From Vicugna vicugna (Eukaryota): a DNA stretch of 64,000 nt. Each line of letters starts with the position of its first letter. Positions within the stretch are counted from its first letter, which is position 1. A program made the position numbers and the translations under genes. Positions 23,601-36,625 of this stretch are shown one piece after another. The stretch spans positions 248,001 through 312,000 of the forward strand of contig MU058654.1 in the NCBI GenBank assembly GCA_013265495.1. The letters run 5' to 3'. The notes under the pieces were generated by a model. It was not told the origin of the DNA. It saw only the letters and a program-made list of their open reading frames with translations, and ran no database searches.

Positions 23601-24432
23601 TTGTTCACTAACTACACATGTAGGTATCATCTCTCATGTCTTTCTCTGAAGGCAGAAAACTTTGATGCATGATCACAATGTATTTGGATGAAAGTTATGT
23701 CCTTTTAAATCTTGAAAATTCTTGGTAGGTACTCACACCAGTCTTCCCTATTTGCTTTCAAGTAAGTCAGTTTCACTGGCGCTACCTTGTAGCACCTTAC
23801 CGAAGGCAAGGGGTGCCTGGCACACTCAGTATCTTGACATTTTTCTACCAAGTTGCCTAAAGCTACAGACTTCATGGGCATATGGTCTGAGCCCCAAGGG
23901 ACTTCAGGCAGTGGTTGAACCAACTGCTGAGCAACGGGATAATGAAGACAAAGCTACCTTCCCAGCATGAAACAAAAGGATGCTCGCTGCATCCCACACC
24001 ACCTGAACTCGGCTAATTCCACATTTTAGAGTCTTTTGCATAAAACATCCCACTTTGGTCTTAGGACACTGACGTTCCTCAGTAGGAAAAATTGAGTGAT
24101 GGCCATATTAAGGAGACTGGCTCATGAAAATCGTATGTTGACTATTCCAGCAGTGGAACAGAGCTTCCTTAGAAATGACTAGGAAGAAACACAGGTGACA
24201 CCGCGGGTCCTCCTTTTATCTCTCTCTCTCTCAACGCACACACGCACCTGTTTCTTTCACACCTCTGCTCCCCCGGCTTGTCATCATTGCTCCTACTCTC
24301 CATAGACAAACCTTCTCCATCAGGTGGCTGCCAGCAGTTTGGACTTTTTGATGTCTTACAGTTACTCTCATCAGAGAAGGGTGTCCTCTCCCTCAAATTT
24401 CCAGCTTAGAATGTCTTTTTAATTAAAAAAAA

Positions 24433-24745
24433 AAGAACTCATTTACAATCAGAAACAGGCTCACAGACATAGAAAACAAACTTATGGTTACCAGGTGGGG
24501 AAAGAGGGGTGGAGGGATAAGCTGGGAGTTCAGGAATTTGCAGATACACACTACTATATATAAAAGAGATAAACAACAAGGTCCTACTTTATAGCACAGG
24601 GAACTATAGTCACTATAGTGTAAAAAGGTATAATGAAAAAGAATATGAGAAGGAATATACAGAGAGATGTATAACTGAATCGCTATGCTATATACCAAAA
24701 ACTAACACACATTGTAAACCAACTATGTTTCAATTTAAAATAAAA
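24433..24745 (+). mobile_element. LINE-1 3'UTR fragment (artiodactyl-type)
   Basis: 'cacagacatagaaaacaaacttatggttacc...tatagcacagggaactata...aaccaactatgtttcaat'. Confidence 0.9.
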
Positions 24746-25084
24746 TCCCAGCAGAGGACGATATTCAGCCCGGGTAAGGCACCCACCCCTGTCTAAATGT
24801 AATGCAGTGAAGGTCGTGGGGACACACAGGCGAACACCAGCTCCTAAGTAACTCTGGCTGCAGTGTGGGGACCAGTCATTCTCCCCGAAGCCAGAGGTGG
24901 GGCAGAGAAAACAAGAAGTGTCTGCTGCCAGAGGCGTCAGTGAGGACAGGACAGCAGAGGGTCTGGGAAAAGAGGAGAAAGTCAAAGGAACCAAGGGCCC
25001 TTAGCCGTGGGGATCAAGCTGCGTGAGGGCAGCCTCGGTTCTGCAGTACGTGCTTCGTGGTCCCATTCTCAGCCTTCACCCAGC

Positions 25085-25230
25085 GAGGCAACCTGCGACC
25101 ACAGCCTCCTTGAACCTCAATTTCCTCCTCTTGAAGTGTCAATAATGATCCCTCCCAGGCAGCGCCCTTGACAGGATTCAGGAGACAATTCAGGCAACAC
25201 ATCAGGCATGTGCCTTGCTCAGCTCCCAGT
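25085..25230 (+). mobile_element. MIR fragment
   Basis: 'ttgaacctcaatttcctcctcttgaagtgtcaataatg'. Confidence 0.5.
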
Positions 25231-26724
25231 CACTAAATAGAAGAAGCAAGTCATTTCATCTAGAAAAGAAAAGGCTTGGGGAGGGAGACGTGTGCACTGC
25301 CTTCACATGTTTAAAAGCCTGTCATATGCACGCAGGTTTCAACTTCTTCTGTGTACTCTGGAGCATAGAGCTTCTGTCAAGAAGTTTCAAGGCAGTGAGT
25401 TTTACTTCAATAAAAGGAAAAGGAAAAAAAAAAAAACAGATTGAAAGCATAAATGGACCAGGGAGGACTGAGTAAATTTCTCCAAAGATTTTTCAAGCAA
25501 ATCTTGGCTTTCTCTTTCCCAGAGATAATATAAAGAATCCACGAGTCATTCGAAGGTGAGCATAGAAGGGCATTGTCAATGTCTCCCGCCTGTGAATGTC
25601 TGTGTGTGTATCACCAGGCAGTGAAGGGCATTCCAGCCCCAAAGCCAGAGGTCACGCCTCTAAATCCAGGTATGCAGGACACCCACACGTGCCCCATCCA
25701 CCTGCAGCCTGCTGAGACAGATCTGGCAGCTGCAACCCCATCGTACAGTGCTATTTTTGAGTATCAAAAAATACCAAGTGATAATTCCCATCTCTGTTGT
25801 GCGCCGAGAGTTACAGTCTACCTTACAATCTGAAAAAGAACAAAGGTGCGTTGTCTAGAAACAAACTTGCCACACCCTCTCTTGTTCGAGATTGTTCTTC
25901 ATTCCAAAGTATTTATATTTTTCATTTAAAGTTCCATTTCCCAGGTTATTAATAAGATGAAGGAATCTTTGATAATGTGCACTGAGGAAAAGTATTTCCC
26001 AGAGAATGCCATCTATTCCAACAATTCCAGAGGCTTGTTAGAAGAAGAGTTAAGGAAATCAGGAACAGAGGCTGGTGATGGAATCAGGGGTCAGAGGTCT
26101 AAATTCCCATATTCTTATGGTCTAAGGTTACAATTGTATGCATATCTTTTTTTTTAGACAACAACCAAAAAGTACATTATTTATGAAGTCTTCCAGGTCC
26201 AGATGATTTTTTTCTTTCTTTTTGAAAGAATCATGCAGTTATTCTAGCTCCAGCCTACAGCTCACTGGTCAGTGGCCAGGTGTCTAGGGAGCTAGGTATC
26301 CACACATTTGTTGTATGAGTTGGGGTTCGAATAAATCAGCGGAGGATCTTTCCAAGGTCAACTCAGTCTCAGACATTCTGAACTCACAGTCATCCATCCT
26401 AAAACCACATAGACCTGCACTGTAGTGATTTTACTGTTAAAATAACAAAAAAGATCAACTAAACAGATAATTTTATACCTAAAGCTACTCAGCAGTAGAA
26501 CTTCTAACACACCAATACAATAGGGTCACCCTTTTCAGAGCTGTATTTCTACAAGTTTGCTTAAATACATTTGCTGGAGTGAGCAGTACAGGGAAGAGAG
26601 TAGGTGTGGCAGATTTCCATGTGACATTTGCATATTGTAAATCATGTAAAATAGATGAACACGGTGCTTAGTGTTTTAAAATGTATTCTACTTTGATGGT
26701 GGAAGGTTAGCCTTTACAACAAAC

Positions 26725-28047
26725 ATCACAGGAGCAAATGATAGCCATAGGCAAAAAAATTGAACGTCAGCCTAAATCTCACATTCTGTACAAAAATTCA
26801 CTTTAAATCGATCACAGACTTAATAGTAAAACATAAAACTATAAAACTTTTAGGAAAAAAAGAGAGAAAATCTTTGTGATACAGGACTAGAGGAAGAGTG
26901 CTTTGATTTGACACCAAAAGCATGATCCATTAAAAAAAATTAAGATTGAACTTCATCAAAACTAAAAACTTCTTCTTTGTGGAAGTCTGTTAAGAGGATG
27001 AAAAGATAAGCAACTGAGTGAGAGAAAACGTTTGCAAACTACATATCCAAAAATGGACTAAACTACATATCCAAAAATGGACTTGTCTTGAGAAGGTAAA
27101 AAGAACCCTCAAAACTCAAGAGTAAGAAGCAAAAAAAGCCAATTAGAAATTAGAAACTGTGGCTGTAGACAGAGGGCAAATAAGCACGTGATAAGATGTT
27201 TAACATTAGGAGAATATAAATTAAAACCACAATGAGATGTCATTACACACCTACCAGAATGGATAAAATTTTGAAAAAATAACATGACATTGCTGATGGG
27301 AAATGTAAAAAGGTGGAACCACACTCTGGAAGAGAGGTTGGCGGTGTCTTATAAAACTAAATGTGTACTTATCGTACAACTTAACAACTGAACCGGAGAA
27401 ACAGAAACATAGGTTACTTAGGTACGTGGATATTTATAGTGGCTTTATTCATAAATACCAAAAACTAGAAACTATTTAATGTCCTTCAGTGAGTGAAAGG
27501 TTAAACAAACTGCAGTCCATCCTTACAATGGAATACTACTCAGCAATCAAAAAGGAACAGACTATTCGGGTGTGCAACAACTTAGATGAATCACAAGGGA
27601 ATAATGCTAAGTGAAAACAGCTAACCTCCAAAAGTTACATACCGGATAATTCCATTTAGAGAACATTCTGGAAATGACAAAATTAGAGAGATAATGAACA
27701 GATTAGTGGTTGCCAGGATTGTGAGAGGACGGAATAGAGGTGGCTGTGGCAATAAAACAGTTGAGGGAAGGATTCACGTGATGAAACTGTTCTGAATCTT
27801 GTCTTGACAGGTAATTTACATAGGTAATAAAATTGTGTTAAAGTAAACACATACACACACAAATGAGGTCATTTAAAACTAGGGAACTCTGTTGGTAGAT
27901 TGTATCAACATCAGTATCATGGTTGTGATATTGTACTGTAGTTATATAAGATGTTACCTGGTGGGGAGGGTACATGGAATCTCTCTGTATTGTGTCTTAT
28001 AACTGAATGCAAATCTGCAATTTTTTTCAGAATAACACATTTAAAAA
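26725..28047 (+). mobile_element. Old L1 (L1MC/L1MD-type) ORF2 end and 3'UTR
   Basis: 'gatttgacaccaaaagcatg', 'acaatggaatactactcagcaatc', terminal 'ggtacatggaatctctctgtatt...aactgaatgcaaatctgcaatt'. Confidence 0.85.
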
Positions 28048-28376
28048 TGCATCAAGATGCAAGAATACTGGTTGTGTGTGTGCCAGCCAGCATGTGCTTC
28101 ATAAATATACTGAAAATACATGGACCTGCCGTTTCTCTGTTTCCCTTCTGTGATCCAGACACACCCCCTCATAGGGTTTCAGTGTGTGCTGCTCCCCCTG
28201 CCTGAGAACACTCTTCCAGCAGGCCTTTCCTTCCAGTGTAATGCTGTTGCATGAGTCTCTCTCCTGCAGGAACATGTCAGGTGCAGAGGAGGGAAATTTG
28301 AGGCCCTTTGGGTATTAAGCTCTATTCAGCCCAACATAAGCCTGGACAAACCATGGCAAAATTATACTGTATTTTT

Positions 28377-28706
28377 TTTCTTTTATTTATTTTTATTTTT
28401 TAACTTTTTTTATTGAGTTATAGTCATTTTACAATGTTGTGTCAAATTCCAGTGTAGAGCACAGTTTTTCAGTTGTACATGAACATACATATATTCATTG
28501 TCACATTTTTTTTTTGCTGTGAGCTTCCGTAAGATCTTGTATATATTTCCCTGTGCTATATAGTATAATTTTGTTTATCTACTCTGTATATGTCTGTCAG
28601 TATATTTTATAGATGAGTTCATTAGTGTCTCTTTTTTTAGATTCCACATATGAGTGATGTCATATGGTATTTTTCTTTCTGGCTTACTTCACTTAGAGTG
28701 ACATTG
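28377..28706 (-). mobile_element. LINE-1 3' fragment with internal deletion
   Basis: 'ttattgagttatagtcattttacaatgttgtg...tagattccacatatgagtgatg...ggcttacttcacttag'; TSD tata(c/t)tgtattttt at 28363-28376 and 28707-28720. Confidence 0.9.
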
Positions 28707-29715
28707 TATATTGTATTTTTATTGCATGGCCGTGATTCTCAAAGCACCGTCCCAGTGGCTTGGTTAGGAGAGGATTTTAGCCTCAGCCACACTCTGTGTC
28801 TAGAAGCAGTATCTCCCCAAACAGTTGGGTTTTGGTATGAGATTGGGTCATTCATTTTAGATTTCTTACCGGGAGGAAGGGGGCCCTGTGGCCTTTCACA
28901 CAGTGTCACCATCCTGGGAGTCGCTCTGTCAATGCTGATCTTCAGAAGGGCGTGGTGCCTAAATATTTACTCTTCTCTTCCAGAAGATGTCTTATCCCCT
29001 TTGCTCACTTGCCTCTCCTACCCAACTGTCTTCAATCGTATAAAGGATGCGCAGTCTTGTTAAGACCAAGACATATTCTGTGGTTCTAAATGAGATCATG
29101 AGAGCAGTGACATGGTTTATTCCAGACATGGAGAGTCTTGCAGGACCAAGTAATTTGTTCTCAAACTACAATAATAATCACAATAATCTGGGAGTGCCCA
29201 GGAGAGCCACCAGGTTCCTAGTTGGCGAACCAAAGCAAACCAAAGCTCCGAGGCCAATATCTCCAAAATCTCTTCCAGATCTGAACAAAGAAAGAGTTTA
29301 TCTTGTTATTCTCCAAAATGACCAAAACAAAAACAAACAAACAAACAAACAAAACAAACAAAAAAGCTACCGTTTACCTGGCTGCAATTTTTCTATATTA
29401 TCCAGACCACAGGTCCTCTCAACTATTTGCCAAAGCCTGATCTGATGTTAGGAATTTTCTGGGCAAGACCCCTGCCTTGCTTCTGACCTCCCTCCAATTT
29501 TCCAAGAGTAGATCCCTCCCAAAAGGCTCTGGGTACCTTCACCTCTTGAAGTCCGGGCCAAGCTGACACCATGCCAAGAGAAGAACAGCGTATTTCCTCT
29601 CTTTGTCCCTTGCCCATGTCCCAGGAGCAATTTCCTCCTCAGATGATTATCAGTGAGAACATCTATTCCCTTTAAAGCAAACACTCCTAGTATGAATCCT
29701 TCTAATGTCTAAGCT

Positions 29716-30179
29716 TGTTACCAAAGGCAAGTTCATGTGCCTGACGCGCCATGAAGCCAAAGAAACCAAAAGATCGCAGTTTGGAGCAGAGAAATGTTTA
29801 TTGCAGGACAGTGAAAGGATGGGGTGGCTTGTGCCCAAGAAAACCCCAAACTCCGCAAAGGGTTTTAGCAAAGCATATTTAAAGGCCAGGTCAGAGGAGT
29901 GGATCGCAGAGGATTTGATCAGCTCGTGCACAGTTCTCTGGTTGATGCTGAGGTAACAGTCAACACTCTCAACCCCTAGGCGCCAGAAGGTCTGGAGGCC
30001 ACGTGCTCAAGATCATCAAGTAGTTAATTTCTTCCCTTTGTTGGTGGTTTTTAGCATCTGAAAAACTCAGGAAATATACATGAGATACTATTATCTGGGT
30101 GCTTCAGAGAGGAGCTGCAGCAGAAGACATGGGAGGGGGTCTGTCCCAGAAAGTCCCCACAGGGTCCTGCTCAGTTACT
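29716..30179 (-). mobile_element. ERV1 solo LTR, cetartiodactyl MER41-like
   Basis: Reverse complement starts 'gtaactgagcaggaccctgtggggac', like recalled pig/cow MER41 LTRs; AATAAA on - near 29797; 4-bp TSD agct at 29712-29715 and 30180-30183. Confidence 0.8.
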
Positions 30180-31194
30180 AGCTGAGTAGCTAAGCCACGG
30201 TGCTGTGTGTGCTGATTCCAAAAGTCAGTGTCATTGCAACAGGTAGATGGGGCGACATGAGCCACGTCACAGATGAGGGAGTCCCCGGGCCCATGTCTAT
30301 TCACTGTGTGCACGGAACTAAAAGAGATAAAGAGATGAAATTTCCAAAAAGTAGCTTGGGGTCAGAAGTGGATGATTTTGAATGCCACGGTAAGCAGCTG
30401 GGGGCTTATTTTGGAAGCTTTTCTAGGAAAGATACAAAAAGAAATATGCCAAACGGTGCAAGGACCTCTGCTTGAATCATTGTTCTGAAGCTTTTCCCAG
30501 AGCCCAGCTGTTAGAACGACATTCACCTCTTAATTTGTCCCGATACAGGCACCTGGATAATGCCTGCATTTCTTGATTTAGATATATTGAGTCTGACTAT
30601 TAGAAAAGTGAACGTGGCCTTGAGAAGAAACTTACACCAAGGACAGAATGATAAATAGGAGAAACACAGGCTCCAAGCTTAGGAATATGATTTAACGAAA
30701 AAAAAAAAAAAAGTCTGTCAAGCTTCCTGAAAACCAGGTGGTAAAGGGAGATTGTCAGCAAAAAGGATTCAAATGACAGCAGAACCTTTTCTAGTGCTGG
30801 TGCCTGGGGATGGGCAGGAGCTGTCTTTGCTGTCAGATGAGAACTTTGTCTATATGGGGCCGTCGCTCCCAGGGTTTCCAGACAGCTCATATCATGTGAT
30901 TCTTCTTACTAAAGGTTGTTCATTCAAATGCTCGGCTGAATGCAGTTTTATTTCACATTTCTTTAGGAAACCCCTTAGATAAATAAACTGACAAACTAGG
31001 AGAGGCTGACCCTACCTTGTCAGATCACGGGTGGCGAAGATGGGTTTGGCAAGCCCCAGGCACCCTATGTCCATCTCAGGGGCACAGTGTTCCTGTAAAG
31101 GTAAACAGGGCAACATAGGTGAGCAAATTGAGCAACAGAACCCCAATAGATCCCTCTGTAGAATAACAGGAGATGATATTTAAATCGTATGTTG

Positions 31195-32320
31195 GTTTAT
31201 TCATTCTAACACATCCATTCAGCGTCTCTGCTGTGCTAGGTGCTGGGGTTACAATGACAAATAGAACAGACACTGTCCCTGTGTGTGCAGAGTTTGCAAC
31301 TTAGGAAAAGAAGGACCAGAGGCACACTTCAAAGTGCAGTCACAGTCACGTGGGTGAGTGTCACCATGGGAGGACGGCATCCCAGATGGTCCCATGAGGC
31401 ATCTATGCCAAGGCAGGCTTTCCAGGGGAAGTGGCAACTGAAGCCTGAAATTGAGCTTAGTCTGTTAGACGTATCCTGGACAGAGAGACTGGGGGTTGAG
31501 TCCAGAGGCCTGGAGGAGGGTAAGTGCCCAGGGCATTTCGGGCATTTTGAGGAATCTGGAAATCAGTCGGGCATTTTGAGGAATCTGTTAGAATAAGCAG
31601 ACAGCTAGATGTGAGCAGAGAAAAGGGAATGCAGGCCAAATGGCAGGAATGGGGTAAAAAGGAGGGGCACAGGCCCAATGCAGGAAACCCTACATTGTGT
31701 GAACAACAGGGGTCCCTCGGCAGAGAAAGAAAAGCAGGAACACCTGGACTGGTAAGTGGTCACACGTTCTGGGGCGACAAGTGGCCTGGAGGCCAACAAA
31801 GAAAGGTGGGAAAAGGCAGGAATCTCCAGTGTCCAAATGTAATCTTTTGCTCATTATACCCTCCTTTCAATAAAATTAGCCTTGCAGATTAGAAGTACCA
31901 ATGCCATGATTCTTCGCATCCAGACTAAATAAGGACAAAAATCCCTCCTCCCTTTGGGAAGGTGGAGCTGGGATGAAAATCAGGGAATATGACCTCAGAC
32001 CCGTCCTTCCCTAATGAGTAATCCACCCATTCATTTTTACAGCCATGTAACCAACTTGCCAAAGAAACTCAGGGCAGCGCTCACCTGAGCCTGCCCGCTC
32101 TCCCCCTGACAGTGTACTATCCATCCTTTAATAATTCTCACTTTACTTTGTTTAACCGCTACGTCTTGTCTCTGAATTCTTTCTGGGATGGGACAAGAAC
32201 CTGGACACCGGTTACATCCACCGGCAACAAAGGGAAGAAGGAGGATGGAGGGTGAACACGGCCAGATCAGACAGGCACTTGGGAGCCAGGCTGGAGAATC
32301 TGGATTTGACAAGAATTAGG
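31195..32320 (-). mobile_element. L2 3' part, split by an LTR
   Basis: 'attcattc...ctgtgctaggtgctggggttacaatgacaaatagaacagacactgtccctg'; resumes after 32229 with 'ggccagatcagacagg'. Confidence 0.7.
31615..32229 (+). mobile_element. ERV1-type solo LTR
   Basis: Ends ggcaaca; R/U5 nearly identical to the 22853 element; left boundary approximate. Confidence 0.7.
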
Positions 32321-32894
32321 AAGAGGAATGAGGTTTGTGCTTCTTTCCTTCCCTTTATTCAGCAGAGGCTTTGGGGCAGGAAACCTTGCACATTACATGT
32401 ATCTCCGCTCTTTGCTCTACATCCAGGGCACTTTTGTGTCTCTCATGAGCTTCTATGGCTTAAACATTTTACTCCTTAGTATTCACAAGCGAATTTCCCG
32501 TTGTCTCTAGTAGGTCCCCCAATAGTGTTCAAATTGGTTAATTTTTTAAAAAGTGGTCTCTTAAAATGAACTCTTCTTTGGAGAGATAAAGCATGCACCC
32601 ACAGTTTCCTAGTGTTCAGCCTCCCATTTCCTTTTCTTGTATAAAATATTTGATTCACTTGCTTTTAAAGCGCTATTTCATTAAATCATTAGTTTATGAA
32701 AGCTGACTGTGATGCCAAAGTTATATGTGATTGTATATTGTACCATGTAATAAAATGAATGTGTATGCTAAAATTCCATAGCATTTTTTTTGGAGTTTTA
32801 CTAAATTATATATTACTAATATTTTGATGTCACTTATGTTTTCCCCCCTTGGAACTCAGACAGTGGAACAGTGGAAGCTCTGCGACCTCAGAAA

Positions 32895-33095
32895 CGGTGT
32901 GGTTTAAAGTTCATAGCATAAGCATTGACAGAAATTTGACTTCTGCCTTCACTGTGTGATATTGGGCAAGATGCTTACCCTCTCTGTTCTTCAGTGTCCT
33001 CATAAAGAAACAGTAGTGCCTCACAGGTTACTGTAAGAATGCCACAAGACAAGTATGTAAAGTCTTCCAAACAGAGCCCAGAAGGGAGTAAGCTT
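32895..33095 (+). mobile_element. MIR SINE
   Basis: 'ctgtgtgatattgggcaagatgcttaccctctctgttcttcagtgtcctcat'. Confidence 0.8.
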
Positions 33096-34881
33096 TCAAG
33101 GAGGTTGATTATGAATTTTTTTTTATTCATTATGATTTCTTTGCCGGGCTTACATAACATTCCTGGAGGATACCACGTTTCTAACGAGTAAATTTTCTCA
33201 TTATTAAAGCTTAATACTTTGAGCAGCCACCCAGACCCATTTTTGAATATTTTGGGATGGAACTCTTGCTAACTGTAAAATCCCTATCAAAATAATTGCA
33301 ATTGCCCCAGGAATCATTATAATGAACAGCAAATTTAGCATTAAGCTGCAATAGGAATGTCCTTGGGGAGCTAGTTTACCTCCACACTAAATGGCTCTAG
33401 AGAATTCCCTTTCTACAATTGTTACTTTTAGAAATATTGCCCTTATTTGAATCATTCTTCCTGCTAGGCTGTCAGGTGGCAGTCTCCAAGCTGTCAGGTT
33501 GCCAGCCTCTAGTAACCTCTCAGGACTTCTCTTTTTATTGTTAATATGTTGCAAATTAGAAAACAGAGAAGTTTGTTGTGTATTAAAAGAGTAACAATGA
33601 TTTCAAGAACAATCTTTGCAATCAGTTTAATCTATGCATTCTGTACTCTGATTTTTATGGTTTCTACTCCCTTCTGCAAATTACTACCAGTACAATTTCT
33701 CTCTTAACGATATTCTATACTGGAAGGAAATGTTTCATTTAGAATAAGAGAATGTGGACCCTTGTTCACCCTGCAGAAAGTCTAACACTTCATGCACTCA
33801 GAAGAATAATAAAAATGAAACAGTCACATGCTTTGCCAATTTAAATCTAATCTGGACTTCAGGGGATGGAGATTTATACAATGTTTAAGTTCATGTTGAA
33901 GTTTCACTTAGAGCTGGAACAGCCCTATCAGTTTTAGGACTTATTTAAGGACATTTATAAAAAGGAAACACTTTCCTCTGTTTAACCAGAAATCAAATTA
34001 GTACAATCATACACACAGCAATGCAATAAGAAACATTTTTGCTGTTGTTTTTTGTTTGTTTGTTTGTTTGTTTTTCTCCCATTTGCTTTTCTGCTCAAGG
34101 GTTTGGGCTACATTTGATTCTTCAAATTCAATGATGAGCATAGTTACCTCTGAGGGAGCAGAGGTAGAATCAGCGTACATAACCATTCTCATCTCCAAGA
34201 AAAGATCTGTGTTTCACCGGAAGACCAATTTTTACGGCTAGTTTGATAAGGCACAAGGAGGTCACGCAGAGGGGTGACGATGGCAACTCCAGGTCATCCC
34301 ATTTTGCTGTCTGCCCCGAGGACCGCTTGCTTGGTGTAATATTGCTGTGCACCTGTCTTAATAGCAACAGCAGGAAGCAATGTGTTTTAGATGAGTTACT
34401 TGTTCCTACAGCTGTTCTCATAGCAATAACCACAGAAGTAATAAATTGTCAGGTTGGGTGTTTAAAGGTTTGGTTTAGAGGTCAGACTTTCATGTTAACT
34501 CCACTGATTAAAAAGCAAGACTTCTCAAATACTGTTTCTGCTTTCAGAAACCAAAAAGACAATTAGGTTCATGGAGGAACCAAAAAAAAATTCCAAAAGA
34601 AAGTTGGAGTCAGATGGTACCATTTCAGCCAGGGGTTGCTTAGAAGAGAGAAAAATTAATCCAAAGAAAAGTTTAGTTAAATAAGCTATAAAGAGGTGTT
34701 AGGAAAACAAACAAACAAACAAACAACAACCAAAGAAAAAAAACTGTGTGCAGTTAAAGCAGTAAAGAAATGGAGCAAAAAGCCCAGATTAGAGCATGAA
34801 GAAATTCCTTAAAAGATTGAACAGGAAGTGAGGTGTGGACAGGCAGGGGGCTCAGAGCCCAGGTGTCAGACTGAGCTTAGA

Positions 34882-35010
34882 GTCATTCATCTATTCATTT
34901 TATTCATTCATTCAGTTGTTCACCATGTTTCTATCATGAGCGAAGCACTGTGTTTTGTCGTAAAGGAACAAATAATTTTAGTCTCTGCTCTGAAGAGGCT
35001 TACAGTTGGT
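34882..35010 (-). mobile_element. L2 3' tail fragment
   Basis: (cattc)n-like start; 'gtctctgctctgaagaggcttacagtt'. Confidence 0.6.
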
Positions 35011-35133
35011 TATGTCAATAAACACATTGGGAAAAAAGAGAAAGCAAAAGGAAAATGGAATGGCCCTTCAGCAGCCAAGCCCGTGGGACCCAGGGGCCAT
35101 AGATTTTCCAAGGACTGAGCAAGAACAGTGAGC

Positions 35134-35207
35134 AACTGGGACATTGTGCTGGACACCAGAAATGGACACACTGTAACTGACTATACTTCAATTTAAAAAA
35201 AAAAAAA
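35134..35207 (+). mobile_element. LINE-1 extreme 3' tip with polyA
   Basis: 'actgggacattgtgctggacaccagaaat...aactgactatacttcaatttaaaa'. Confidence 0.85.
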
Positions 35208-35821
35208 GTGAGAGTTAGCGAAGATTTTTGGTGAAGCTTGAAACCAAGCAGAGATAAGCAACTGAAAACCTATCAGCTTCTGGAAGGAAGGGGCTAATTT
35301 CATTTATTTTTGGGTTTTTTGGCATTTATATAGCAGTTACTTTACATCAGGCACTGAGAAGTTATAAATCTAAACTCATTAAATTTTCAAAACAACCCTA
35401 TGGGGTAGGTACATTATCTTCTCCCAAGCAGCCTGGTGGCTCTGTTCACTCCCTTAAACTGGTTCATTACCCTGAAGGCAGACTGACCTTCAGACCACAG
35501 AAGGCAGCCTGTGCCCCCGTACCTCTCCTGTGCCTGCTGCAAAACAGACATGAAGGACATGTGGGCTGCGTGACAGGTGCTCGATAGCAGAAGCAAGCAT
35601 CAACTTCAGGGGCCGCAGCACACAGGCTGGCTCAGAGAGGGAACCCTGGACAGATCGTTTTCATTTTCTTTTTAAGCAGGTGCCAACCATATCCCCTACT
35701 GGTCCAAAGCCTGCCAGTCAAATAAAAAAGGAGTGAGTGATAAAAATAAGTCATATTCCAAGAGAGCTTGTGAGTTCATGACTCTTCTCAATTGCAATGC
35801 TTAGAGCCACAAACTCAGGCT

Positions 35822-36625
35822 CATGCATCCACTTAATAGATAATTACTCTGTAACTTCTCAGTGCCAGCCACTGCTTTCCCCATGCTGGAACTACAACAG
35901 AAAACTAGCAGACAGGGTCTTTCAATGATACTTAAATGATCAATTAATGACAGATTGTCATTAGGGCTATAAAGACAAGTTGGGATATACAGGAATGGAG
36001 GGGACAATAAATAGGAAATTTGAGACCCCTTGTGAAGGAGGCGTCTGGGCGAGGACATGAAGGTTCTGAAGGACCCAGCCATTCAGCAGAGCTGGGGAGG
36101 GAAGGGCATTCCCAGCAGAGGGGACGTCAGGTGAAAAGGCCCAGCTATGGGAAAAGCTCTGGCATGCTCACAGAACAGGAAAGAGCAGGGCAGGGACAGC
36201 CTCACGTGCAAGGGGGTGTGGGGTACAGGCGGAGAGTGGAAGGGGCCAGACCACTCAGGACCTCGTGCCCATGGCAGAGAATCTGGAGATGACTCTAAGA
36301 GAAATAAGAAAACTTGGGAGCATTCAAAGCAGCAGATCATTTGTGTTTGAAGAAGATCACCATTGCTTCTGTCTGGAAGATGGGTTGGTTAGGGCCAAAG
36401 CAGGAGCAGGAAGGATGTTGCCGAAGGATCTGGAAGGGAAATGGTTCTGGGGAAGACGGAGGTGAAGAAGTGATGAGAAGCTGAGATTTATGATGCATTA
36501 TATTTGGGGAAGAAAGGAAAGGGAGGACTCAGGGATGATGCCTGAAGTGTTGTTTTGAGTAACAGGGTATGAAATGGCCCCATGTGTTAAGATGGAGAAT
36601 ACTAAGGAAAGATGAGGTGGTCCCC
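35822..36625 (-). mobile_element. L2 3' part
   Basis: 'agggcattcccagcagaggg', 'gaagatcaccattgcttctgtctggaag', 'ggaggactcagggatgatgcctgaag'. Confidence 0.75.

Noticed and set aside
28650..29445. Overlapping 137-aa and 132-aa ORFs
   Set aside because: The first starts in antisense L1 and the second spans an (AAAC)n repeat; no homology or exon structure.
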